This document shows positions 27,301-34,984 of a DNA stretch of 42,820 nt, piece by piece (positions within the stretch are counted from its first letter, which is position 1; every line of letters begins with the position of its first letter). Location of the stretch: NCBI GenBank assembly GCA_045132115.1, contig JBGURT010000111.1, forward strand, positions 1-42,820, in the 5' to 3' direction. Position numbers and translations under genes: made by a program. The notes beneath the pieces were generated by a model, which saw nothing but the letters and a program-made list of their open reading frames with translations, ran no database searches and was not told the origin of the DNA. The DNA comes from Kiritimatiellia bacterium. GTDB lineage: Bacteria > Verrucomicrobiota > Kiritimatiellia > RFP12 > UBA1067.

Positions 27301-30300
27301 CGCGCGGCGGCGGCGGCCTTGACCGTTTCCGGATCCATGACGATACGCATCATGCCCTTAACGCCGTGAAGCCCAAGGTAATACGACGCTACGCCGCTGG
27401 AGGATTTGAGCGGAATGCCGTCGGTCCGCGCGGAACCGACGAAATTGGTCACCGTCGTCCAATACGTCGTATCGTCGGCGGAAGCCACAGTAGCGGCGCG
27501 CACGCTCGTGAGCGCGGTATCGTTCGTGGCAATCTGCAAGAGAAGGTTGACGTTTTCGTTGCAGTTGGTGTAAGAAAAGGCGATCATGCCGAGGCCTGTG
27601 CCGCGTTCTATGCCCAAGGAGGTTTCGCCGTCGAAAAGCGGCGAGCGGAGCGAAACGACGCTCGCGGTGCCGTTCGTGGCCGCACGCGAAGCGCTAAGCT
27701 CGACGCTGTGCGGATGGACGACTTCCTCTTCTTCGTTCGTCGTTTCATGCACCCAAGCAGTCGTGTAGGCAATCGTCATCGGTGCGCCTGTCGTACCGTA
27801 TTTGCCGAAGTAGCCGGTGTCGCTCGTGTAGTCGTCGCCGCGCCACTGGGTGAAGGAGAAATAAGAGAGGACAATATCGGCGCTCGTCACGTCTTCTTCG
27901 TTGCCGGTGCGGACTTCCAAGGAGGCGTCGGCAGGCCAGTAGACGTCGAACGAACCTTCCTCGAGCGCAAAGCTGGAGATGGTGTTCGTGGCTACGGGAA
28001 TAAAGTCGTTGCTGCCGGAAGCGGCGATGCCGAGGATGATCTCCTGCTCAAGATCTGCGCACTTCAATCCCCAGTTGGTCCCCGCAAGATCTTCGGATTC
28101 TTTATCGACATTGTATGGCTCCATGCGATTATAAGCCGAATCCCAGAAACCGCCATGGAGCGAATCGTACATCCGCGAGACCGTGCCTTCCATATTCACC
28201 GTCTGACCCTGGTTGTAACTTACCTGATTAAGATCCGTCCAAGGATAAATATTGTTCTTGGTGTCCGCACTGCCGCGTGCATGGCCGGTGAAGAACTGCG
28301 GACGCGCAAAACGCGCCGGGCAGTTGGCGCTCGTTACGCCACAGGAGCCGGCCGTAAGACGTGCAGAATCGGCATCGTTGTAGATGAGCGTATTGTAGGT
28401 GCGCCCACTCAAGTCCTCCGCGAGCGCGCAAGTGCCGTTTTTCTGGATGCCGGCGACAATGTGTGTAGCTCCCTCGATAACCGAGGAATCCGCCGAAATG
28501 AAGATCGCCGGGAAGCGGAAGTTGCCGTTGCCGATATCGACATCGAACGCATAGGCGGCTGAAATGTTTTCTTTCGAACCAAGAAGCGTAGACGAAACCT
28601 TGCGACCGGAGACCGTCCAACGATAGAGCTCAAGGTTGTAGTGGTTGCCCTCGGAGCAGTTGGTGACGCGGAATTCGTAGCACCCCTTGCTAGGATGGTA
28701 ATACGCAACAAGCGAGAGCGAAGCGGTACCATCGTGCTTTTCGGTAAGATACCCCATCACCGCGCGAACGCCAAAGGTGTAGTTCGTGGCCGCAAATGGA
28801 TTGCCATAGGCACTGTTGACGGCATCATCGGAAAGGCAATAGATGAAATCGTCAAAGTCGATCGCCTGCGCGAGACGCGCGGTGTAGGATACGGTCCCGA
28901 TGCCGCGCGGAGTTTCCGCGGCATTCACAAATTCCAGCGAACCCTTGCCGCCGCCGTCGAGTTGCAAGGCATAAGCCGTGCCCGTCTTGTACTTGGCGTG
29001 GGTCCATTGTCCTTGATGCGCCTGAAGGCCCTGGGGAGTCTTTCCCTTGTTGAAATGTTTGTAGAGCTCGTAACCGTCTGGTTTGGTTTCACTTTTCATC
29101 TCGAGCGGAAACTTTTCGGTCCAGTAGTCGCTCGTGGCCGACATCGCCGCCCAGCCGTCAAAATAGGTGGAGTAGGTCTTCTGGGCGTTGGAAACGCCCC
29201 TCAGGGAGTCGGCATCGGTCGAAGAACCCACGAATGTCTCTTCGCCCAGGTTCGCATCGCTCCAACCGTTGAAATTCTGGAAATCGGCGCGGGAAATCAT
29301 TACCATGCCGTCGTCCTCAACATACTGGAAGCGCAAGTATCCGGTCTCTTCGCCGTACTCGATATCAAACCAGGCGTTGTCGCCGCTAGTGATGGTGGAA
29401 AGTCCGTTTATCGTATCGGGCCACTTGGAATAGGACCAATCGCCTTGGTGGAGATAGTTCGTCGTGTTGTTCTTGTCCACCGTGCGGAACCTCACCTGGC
29501 AAACGCCCTTGGTGGAATTGGTCACGGCCGGCATGAACGCATTCCAGGTAAGATCGCCGACAATCGTACCATAGTATTCGGCCGTCGCGCTCGAGGACGA
29601 AGTAGCGCGCATCTCCACATCGAAGCGCTTCAAGTCCGATTCGCCGTCGCGCAGACGCGTAAAGTAGTCGGTGCCGCCGGAAGCAAGGCGCGAAGCGGTC
29701 GTCGACCGGCGCGCGAGCATCGTGGCGAGGCGCTCGAAATCTTCGTCTATCCACTCCACATCCAGCCCCGTAAAGTCCACATAGCGGTAATACGGAGCGT
29801 CGACATTGGCCGTATAGTAGTATTCGATGTCGCCCGGCAAGGCGGAGCAGGAATCGTCGATTGGCTCGCCCACGAGTTCGCCATCCGTCTCGGTCATGTC
29901 CACGGACAAAAAGCCGCCGTCATGTTCGCCCTCTACCTTCGCGAGGAAATGGGTGTAGTTCCTGTTGTAGTTGGGCTTGGCGAGGTCTGCGTCTTTCACG
30001 CGCACGGCGTAGACTAGCGAAGGATCGGCTAGCGCCGACGGGTTGACGACGCGCATGTTCGGCGCCTCGGAGATTTCCGTGCCGTATTGGTCGAAGAACT
30101 TGATGTCGTACTTCGTCTCCGTGCGGACCTCGAGAACGGGATCGAAATCGTAACGGAGAATCCACGAGCCGTCCGGGTGCTTGCCGCGGCTGGAATAGAC
30201 GCCGTCGCCGTTGAGCCGCTTGGAGCGCGTCCCGTTGACCTCGATGTACTGCACGATGCCGGCGGTGTCATAAGAGGTATTGCCCAAGACGATCGCGCTC

Positions 30301-31529
30301 ATCCGGACGGTGCGGTTGGTGAAAGTGGCGTCTACCGCCGGGATATCGAGCGTCGCGCCCGAAAGTTTCGCCTGGGAGCTCGTCGCCGTCACGGAACTCG
30401 CTGCGAGTTCCATAGTGCCGCCGATGAGTTGCTGGGCGAGATAACGCCAGCGATAGTGGAAAGTCGCGTCAGAAACCGTCACTTCGTCGGCCGGGGCGCC
30501 TTCGGGCACGATGCGCTCCACCGTCGCCACCGGCTTAAGCCCCGTCACGCCGAAGCGCGGCATCGGCGCGTCGAGGAACGTCCCCGACCAACCGACAACC
30601 TGTTCGCCCGTAAGTTCGCTTTCGAAGGTGCCGCCCGGGATGAGCGTCGCCGTGCCCGCCGGATAAGAGCAAATCACATTGTCCACAATCACCATGCCGG
30701 AAGTCTCGAGTTTTTCGCCGTCGTGGTCGTTGCGCTCGATCTTGAAGCGCGCCGGACCGCGGTAGTTCACGAACTTCGGGTCGTTGAGCATGATGCGGTA
30801 GAAATTCCCGGTCGAGCCGCCGGCGGTCATCGCGAGCGTGATGTTGTCGTCGAGTGCCACCAGCGACGACGCGACATCCACCACCCCGTTCGTGATTGCC
30901 ACGACGTCCACGAGCGCACGCTGCCATTCGGCATCGGCCTCGGTCGTTCCGTTCGTGGAGACATAGAGCGCGATATAGTTTGGCGTAGCCGTGGAGAAGT
31001 TCACCGCATCGAAATAAATGCGGCCGATGCCGGAGGAATACAACGGCGAAACGATGCGCGGACGGTCGTCCGGATCGTCGGCATTGATCATCACGATCTG
31101 CCCGGCGTCACGCTGGGAGCGGGCACGCGATGCGGAATTGGTGAACGCCATCGCGGTGTCGTTTTTCCACGGCAGATAGTTGGAATCAGGGCCCAGCACA
31201 TTGCCGGAAACATTGAAAGTGTTGCCCAGACGCACATTCTTCAAATGCCAGAGATTTTCGCCGGACGGATTGAAATAAAATTCCGTCCCGGGCATGAGGT
31301 TGTAGTTCACGTCCTCGACCTCGCGCTCGTTCACACGCGTCCACGCGGTGCTGTCGTAACCTTGGCCGCTCACCGGGCACGAGTCGATTATGTCATCGTT
31401 CGCAAGGAGCAGGCGATCCGTCCCAAGCGTGGAATAAGACGCCCCAACCGTGGTCAGCGAACCGCCAACCACAGCCAAAAATAGCGCTAACACGGCCTTC
31501 ACACGCATATTGAAGGTGAAATTCCGCAT
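24339..31529 (-). CDS. Large secreted protein (~2,396 aa from ATG 31529, or 2,389 aa from ATG 31508), function unknown, with a lamin-tail-like domain
   Basis: The ORF is uninterrupted for 7.2 kb and begins with a signal peptide (MRNFTFNMRVKAVLALFLAVVGGSLTTVGA/S). The track start at 31571 is a TTG that forms the -35 hexamer of the promoter, so the true start must be downstream. I see no SD for either ATG, which leaves the start uncertain. Confidence 0.85.
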   Translation of the reverse strand: MRNFTFNMRVKAVLALFLAVVGGSLTTVGASYSTLGTDRLLLANDDIIDSCPVSGQGYDSTAWTRVNEREVEDVNYNLMPGTEFYFNPSGENLWHLKNVRLGNTFNVSGNVLGPDSNYLPWKNDTAMAFTNSASRARSQRDAGQIVMINADDPDDRPRIVSPLYSSGIGRIYFDAVNFSTATPNYIALYVSTNGTTEADAEWQRALVDVVAITNGVVDVASSLVALDDNITLAMTAGGSTGNFYRIMLNDPKFVNYRGPARFKIERNDHDGEKLETSGMVIVDNVICSYPAGTATLIPGGTFESELTGEQVVGWSGTFLDAPMPRFGVTGLKPVATVERIVPEGAPADEVTVSDATFHYRWRYLAQQLIGGTMELAASSVTATSSQAKLSGATLDIPAVDATFTNRTVRMSAIVLGNTSYDTAGIVQYIEVNGTRSKRLNGDGVYSSRGKHPDGSWILRYDFDPVLEVRTETKYDIKFFDQYGTEISEAPNMRVVNPSALADPSLVYAVRVKDADLAKPNYNRNYTHFLAKVEGEHDGGFLSVDMTETDGELVGEPIDDSCSALPGDIEYYYTANVDAPYYRYVDFTGLDVEWIDEDFERLATMLARRSTTASRLASGGTDYFTRLRDGESDLKRFDVEMRATSSSSATAEYYGTIVGDLTWNAFMPAVTNSTKGVCQVRFRTVDKNNTTNYLHQGDWSYSKWPDTINGLSTITSGDNAWFDIEYGEETGYLRFQYVEDDGMVMISRADFQNFNGWSDANLGEETFVGSSTDADSLRGVSNAQKTYSTYFDGWAAMSATSDYWTEKFPLEMKSETKPDGYELYKHFNKGKTPQGLQAHQGQWTHAKYKTGTAYALQLDGGGKGSLEFVNAAETPRGIGTVSYTARLAQAIDFDDFIYCLSDDAVNSAYGNPFAATNYTFGVRAVMGYLTEKHDGTASLSLVAYYHPSKGCYEFRVTNCSEGNHYNLELYRWTVSGRKVSSTLLGSKENISAAYAFDVDIGNGNFRFPAIFISADSSVIEGATHIVAGIQKNGTCALAEDLSGRTYNTLIYNDADSARLTAGSCGVTSANCPARFARPQFFTGHARGSADTKNNIYPWTDLNQVSYNQGQTVNMEGTVSRMYDSLHGGFWDSAYNRMEPYNVDKESEDLAGTNWGLKCADLEQEIILGIAASGSNDFIPVATNTISSFALEEGSFDVYWPADASLEVRTGNEEDVTSADIVLSYFSFTQWRGDDYTSDTGYFGKYGTTGAPMTIAYTTAWVHETTNEEEEVVHPHSVELSASRAATNGTASVVSLRSPLFDGETSLGIERGTGLGMIAFSYTNCNENVNLLLQIATNDTALTSVRAATVASADDTTYWTTVTNFVGSARTDGIPLKSSSGVASYYLGLHGVKGMMRIVMDPETVKAAAAARNGVYGSIFITQILFRDDPEVSTAAWWGWNLRTGGFLHERDDCYLQYLADGSTVNLEDFGQSVALNNSVTENVAAEDLDEYPQHLPFLQTPTFVDTGDGTPTVGELSFKARRYDNSPDVTARVTVYGATDANANDSMWRYVTHFDVGCDVFTNFTYRTTGSSYRAYRLAVIGVPGANGMNGGEVPDNVVRVVIDNVSIAETIVPRLGFKNIMAFRSGLDTLDQLDYADRESEQPLAGEDWGIQAEVYATALSEEIDFDRGITVRVYYLNDQMPWGYENWAAAPAGVKELVKCEDCAEGEYIFRSSFKENPSSIFAATTKSLEIVQYMLSVTYYLKDSETPVDEQFLNVSGEWVKPEWYLGVDYNKKFAGMNGKSAYTILDAIAPGWAWINEVNAYGEDTVDSVVNIDQTNQYIEVAIPAAQSIEGWHLDVITLQGHTNTIVRFTDDDGAIGSGYAKASKTKNITQGFAFLNVASPRSLASLNESAGERDGIWKWTAPSDGDFTFSKDGTYNGEFNPVAIQLVRASDVIEEQVVLGGTDGYEAIARRSGTPSAIAWEYSTTNMVRKLTEDAENQGIYGTKWFSVGYDNGNKLNSLSVTNSNGSVEENWSKEIVKTPGSINAGQVLPGDPPTPSGASVIIYCEIDPDSAAYLKQTVGDATETTDTVMVLVQKGSEFGTNITYKVGNYFEIDSVTTNTVALAEASGRQGTVEINVGKGVSNAVYVVASARPWSELTKSIEDGGYGLTENNAYTPAVLDWLVAGKRLDGSSFANSDGEIRLAKFHSYNGNFHTNLDVTTMYWFDMDPTVGGLHLTAGMKDLTRYNKSVTEKVTADGPSITRNAENALITIYMAVTNENDAAEIWSPYVLRGLEPGSNSQDLSGGAWTSVTFKVTAMINNGYKFNVGFIPVRWFVFSGNGRESTSFDAAHCSVIDIPDQRLQGTPGAYEGWDEFWNLSNSMFYRWRIDGNMRPQAPSVLKPKNYIYYEEPTP
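25690..26150 (-). other. Lamin-tail-domain (LTD)-like segment in the 2.4k-aa protein (approximate bounds)
   Basis: The segment WINEVNAYGEDTVDSVVNIDQTNQYIEVAIPAAQSIEGWHLDV ... AIQLVRASDVIEEQVVLGG fits the LTD pattern (INEV ... E(W/Y)IE(L/V) ... (L/I).GW.L ... L.L.d..g.v.d.V.yG). Confidence 0.5.
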
Positions 31530-31542
31530 ACTACTGTCAGAT

Positions 31543-31571
31543 ATGATACCAAAAATTTCCGCATAAGTCAA
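31543..31571 (-). promoter_or_regulatory. Sigma70-type promoter of the giant-gene unit: TTGACT - 17 nt - TATCAT
   Basis: The minus strand reads TTGACTTATGCGGAAATTTTTGGTATCAT. The -35 is at 31566-31571 and the -10 at 31543-31548, with TGG immediately upstream of the -10 (extended -10-like). It lies in an AT-rich island within a GC-rich genome and is the only sizeable intergenic gap upstream of the giant module. Confidence 0.7.
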
Positions 31572-31627
31572 CTGCTTTTTCGTAGAGTTAGCCCGATTTT
31601 ACCGTCGGAGATCCCTGGGGGGACGCG

Positions 31628-31651
31628 AAAAACGGAATCCCCGCGAATCCG
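31628..31651 (-). terminator. Weak candidate intrinsic terminator after tadA
   Basis: The minus strand reads CGGATTC-GCGGG-GATTCCG followed by TTTTT. The stem has 4+2 bp with one mismatch. It lies 7 nt after the tadA stop. The stem is short, so this call is tentative. Confidence 0.25.
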
Positions 31652-31658
31652 GTTATGG

Positions 31659-32141
31659 TCAACCCGCGCGGCGGCGGCGGAAGAAATCCTGGAGAATCGC
31701 GAGCGACGGGGCGGCAAGAACTCCGCCTTGGGTGGCGGGACGATGGTTCATGCCGGGATGGGAGAAAATCCCGAAGGTGCTCTGTCCTCCGCGCTTGGCG
31801 TCGTCCACGCCCCAGACTACGCGTTTCAACCGCGCCAATGCGATAGCCCCGGCGCACATGGGGCAAGGTTCCTTCGTCACGTAAAGCGTGCAATCGACAA
31901 GACGCTCGTTGCCCACGGCGGCAAACGCCTGGCTGAGCGCGACCATTTCGGCGTGGGCGGTGGCGTCGTGCAGGCATTCGGTCTGGTTGTGGGCCTTGCC
32001 TACGATCCTGCCTTCGCCATCGACTATGATGCAACCGAGGGGAACTTCCTCTTCGGCGGCGGCGATCTCCGCCTCGGCAAGCGCACGGCGCATCCACCGC
32101 TCGTCTTCGGACGGATCAATAGAGCTTTTCGAAGGTTCCAT
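31659..32141 (-). CDS. tadA: tRNA-specific adenosine deaminase
   Basis: The CMP/dCMP deaminase zinc motifs HAEMVAL and PCPMCAGAI are present, along with the N-terminal WMRRALAEA that is typical of TadA. An alternative start at M17 (32093) would remove the 26-nt overlap with the upstream gene. Confidence 0.85.
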   Translation of the reverse strand: MEPSKSSIDPSEDERWMRRALAEAEIAAAEEEVPLGCIIVDGEGRIVGKAHNQTECLHDATAHAEMVALSQAFAAVGNERLVDCTLYVTKEPCPMCAGAIALARLKRVVWGVDDAKRGGQSTFGIFSHPGMNHRPATQGGVLAAPSLAILQDFFRRRRAG

Positions 32142-32367
32142 TGTCCACCTTCTTGAGCGTGTGGAATCCGGCGCGCTTGGCGCGATAATGGAGATCGGTC
32201 TTGGAGTGGGTCAGACCGGGAGCCTGGATGACGCGGATCACCGGGCTCTTGCAGTAAGGGCAATGGTCGAGCTTGGGCTCGGAAAGCTTCTGTGGAATCT
32301 CGAACCCGAAGCGGCATTTATCGCAGGCGCGCTCCGGCTCCTTGGCTTCGTAGACGTATAGCGGCAT
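32116..32367 (-). CDS. FmdB-family zinc-ribbon protein (83 aa)
   Basis: The sequence MPLYVYEAKEPERACDKCRFGFE ... CPYCKSP has two CxxC pairs and the characteristic MP.Y.Y N-terminus. Confidence 0.7.
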   Translation of the reverse strand: MPLYVYEAKEPERACDKCRFGFEIPQKLSEPKLDHCPYCKSPVIRVIQAPGLTHSKTDLHYRAKRAGFHTLKKVDNGTFEKLY

Positions 32368-32368
32368 C

Positions 32369-32950
32369 TTACCTGACGCCGCCGTTCTGCTTGGCGAGCT
32401 TCTTGAGGCGCGCGGCGTATTCCAGACGCTGCATCGCGGTCATGTGGTCTACGTAAAGAACCCCGTTCAAATGATCGAGCTCATGCTGGATCGCGCGGGC
32501 GAGGAAACCGCGGGCGGTTATCGCCTGGGGAAGATTGTTCTCGTCGAGATACCGGCAAGTCACCTCTTGCGCACGCACTATCGTCCCGCCGATCTTCGGG
32601 AAGCTGAGGCACCCTTCCTTGTCGCACTGGGTGCCTTCCGCCGAAACGATCTCCGGATTGAATAGCTTGAGCGGCATGCGGATAGGCGCGTTGAACATCG
32701 CGTCTTCCTGGTTCTCGCAATTTTCGGGGATGTCGATCACGCAGACGGCCTCGGTGCGGCCCACCTGTTCGGCCGCGAGGCCCACGCCGCCGGCATCGGC
32801 CATGGTCTCCAGCATGTCGTCGGCAAGCTTGCGCAGTTCCGGCGTAACGGCCGCCACCGGCCTCGCTTTCGCACGGAGCACCGCTTCGCCGTACTTATAC
32901 ACCCGTAGAACCAAAGCCGCCCGCTCCTCTGTCGGTTTCATCGGTTTCAA
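32369..32950 (-). CDS. def: Peptide deformylase
   Basis: The motifs [17 protein letters not shown] and HELDHLNG are present. The start is uncertain. ATG 32950 or 32941 would overlap dut by 47-56 nt. A GTG just before the dut stop (LRVYKYGE...) would reduce that overlap. Confidence 0.85.
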   Translation of the reverse strand: MKPMKPTEERAALVLRVYKYGEAVLRAKARPVAAVTPELRKLADDMLETMADAGGVGLAAEQVGRTEAVCVIDIPENCENQEDAMFNAPIRMPLKLFNPEIVSAEGTQCDKEGCLSFPKIGGTIVRAQEVTCRYLDENNLPQAITARGFLARAIQHELDHLNGVLYVDHMTAMQRLEYAARLKKLAKQNGGVR

Positions 32951-33326
32951 AAGTCTCGACTATCCCGTCCGGCTGCGTCACGGTGGCGATCACGACCTGT
33001 GCGATCTTGTCGCCCTTGGCGATCGCAAAATCCTTGTCGCCGAAATTGGCGAGTATGACGCCAACTTCGCCGCGATAGCCGGCATCGATCGTGCCGGGGG
33101 TGTTGAGGACGGTGATGCCGTGTTTTAGCGCGAGGCCGCTCCTGGGGCGGACTTGCGCCTCGTATCCCGGCGGCAGCATCATCACGAGGCCCGTATGCAC
33201 GAGCGCCCTGCCGCCCTTGGGGACCACAAGCTCGTCTACGCTGCGCAAATCCATGCCGGCATCGCTTGGATGCGCATAAGCCGGCAATACCGCCTCCGGG
33301 ACGAGCTTGCGGAATTTGAGAATCAT
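32895..33326 (-). CDS. dut: dUTP diphosphatase
   Basis: The motifs [30 protein letters not shown] and [10 protein letters not shown] are present. I start it at MILKFRKL (ATG 33324-33326), which overlaps the upstream stop as ATGA. Confidence 0.9.
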   Translation of the reverse strand: MILKFRKLVPEAVLPAYAHPSDAGMDLRSVDELVVPKGGRALVHTGLVMMLPPGYEAQVRPRSGLALKHGITVLNTPGTIDAGYRGEVGVILANFGDKDFAIAKGDKIAQVVIATVTQPDGIVETFETDETDRGAGGFGSTGV

Positions 33327-34954
33327 TCCGCCGCTTCCTCGTCCTCGATGACGACGGGATTCATTTCGCCCGGCACATAGCCAAGGCGCTCGAGATTCCA
33401 CTTAGCCCAGGCTTCGGGGAGTTGCGCTCTTGCCGCAGCGGAAACTTCTTCGCGAAGCTGCGCGGACATGAGCGCCGCCTTGGCGAGATCGCCCTGCTCG
33501 CGGTTCTCGCACACGACCACGAGGCCACGCCCGGTGCCGGTCTGGACGAACTCCGAAATTCCATCCTTGGCGAGCTTGCGCGTCGCGCCGGCGACGGCCT
33601 GCATATCCTCGATATCGCCGTTCTTGAGATCGCAAATCGCGAAAACGAGGTTGGTGGAAACATTGCCGGAGGCGAGAACCGCGTCCTTGCCCTGGGCGAT
33701 TACGGCCTCGACCTGCGCCTTGAAGGCGGCAGCCTTGGCGTCGCGCAGGACGCGCGGACGGATCGCCTCCTTGGCCTCGTCGAGAGTCGGCGTGTGCGCG
33801 GGGCTCGTCTCCGCCTTCTCGATCACCCACACCGCGCGATCGCTGGCGACCACGCCATAACGGAGATCGGGCACGGAGGGATCGAGCTCGGCCACGGCGT
33901 CGGCAAAGCCTTTCGCGCCGGGAGCGACGGTAGAAGCGTAGCGCATGAATCCTTCCTGATAGGCGCCGTCCACCGTGAACCAGTCGGACACGGTCACGGC
34001 GGCGTCCTCCTCCGCGGCGATCGCATCAAGCGTGGCGCCGGGCTGGTAGATGCGCTGGTTCATGTTCGTCGTGTAATACTCTACGGCGGCGATCTGGCGC
34101 AGTTCCTTCTCGATCTCGCCCTTCACTTCGTCGAAGGCCTTCACGGTCTCGACGCCATTGGTGTCGGTGGAGGTATACTTGTCGACCGTGGAATCGTACA
34201 TGTCGCGCATTTCGTCTTCGGTGACGGTCATCTTGGCGAGAACGTCCTCGGCGCGGGCGTCGAACTTCACCATGCGCACCTTGACGCGCTCGGGGAGCGC
34301 GAGCGACTTCTCGTTCTCGGCATACCACTTGGCGATCGCTTCGTCATCCACGGTCACGGCGTCTGCGTCTTCCTTCTTCTGGGAGAAGCGGGCGACCTTG
34401 ACGGTGAAAGAATCGGTGAAATCGGCGGTGGCGCGATCCATTTCCATGGGCGAGACCCAATCGGCCGAACCGATCACCTCGTCGTTTATGCGCTGGACGG
34501 TGAGGCGGCGCTTGAGAAACTCCTCGAAACGTTCGGGGATGACGGAATTCTCCCTCAAAAGCGCCTGATAGAGCCGGAAACTGAACGCTCCGTTGGCGGC
34601 GAAGGAGCGGTCGCTTCTGATTGTCGCGGCGACCTCGGAGTCCGGGCAGACGATGCCGTTCGCTTCGGCGACGTCAAGGGCGGCGAGGGTTTCCCATGCC
34701 TGGGCGTTCACTTCGCTCTGCTTGCGGCGCCAATCGCGTCCTCTCCCGAGTCCGCGCACGTCTTCCTGGATGGCGGCGAAAGTCTTCGCGTCCACGGCCT
34801 CGCCCGCGAGAGTGCCGGCATCGCCGGCGTTGCGCTCCTCGCGTTCGCGCGTCGTGAAAAGATCGTCAAAGCAAAACGCCGCCGAAATCACGATGGCGAA
34901 CGCGCCCCATACCCACTTGTTCCGGATCAGTTTGTTGAACTGCAGAATAACCAT
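33323..34954 (-). CDS. PpiD/SurA-N-terminal-domain-like periplasmic chaperone (543 aa)
   Basis: It has an N-terminal membrane anchor ([18 protein letters not shown]) followed by a long helical, E/A-rich periplasmic region. Its size and layout match PpiD. I could not see a clear parvulin signature, so PPIase activity is unsupported. Confidence 0.55.
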   Translation of the reverse strand: MVILQFNKLIRNKWVWGAFAIVISAAFCFDDLFTTREREERNAGDAGTLAGEAVDAKTFAAIQEDVRGLGRGRDWRRKQSEVNAQAWETLAALDVAEANGIVCPDSEVAATIRSDRSFAANGAFSFRLYQALLRENSVIPERFEEFLKRRLTVQRINDEVIGSADWVSPMEMDRATADFTDSFTVKVARFSQKKEDADAVTVDDEAIAKWYAENEKSLALPERVKVRMVKFDARAEDVLAKMTVTEDEMRDMYDSTVDKYTSTDTNGVETVKAFDEVKGEIEKELRQIAAVEYYTTNMNQRIYQPGATLDAIAAEEDAAVTVSDWFTVDGAYQEGFMRYASTVAPGAKGFADAVAELDPSVPDLRYGVVASDRAVWVIEKAETSPAHTPTLDEAKEAIRPRVLRDAKAAAFKAQVEAVIAQGKDAVLASGNVSTNLVFAICDLKNGDIEDMQAVAGATRKLAKDGISEFVQTGTGRGLVVVCENREQGDLAKAALMSAQLREEVSAAARAQLPEAWAKWNLERLGYVPGEMNPVVIEDEEAAE

Positions 34955-34984
34955 TTGTGCAACCTGTGTCTTTCTTCTTTGTAC

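Noticed and set aside
31530-31571. The TTG-initiated N-terminal extension (MTYAEIFGIISDSS) of the 2,410-aa track ORF.
   Set aside because: The TTG is the first base triplet of the -35 hexamer TTGACT, and the extension spans the -10 element. It would not be part of the mRNA if the promoter call is right.
31572-31658. The tadA-to-giant intergenic region, considered as a possible small RNA or riboswitch.
   Set aside because: It is only 87 nt and is largely explained by a weak hairpin with a T-tract and by the promoter's upstream A-rich region. I could find no extended conserved-looking structure by eye and cannot fold it rigorously here.
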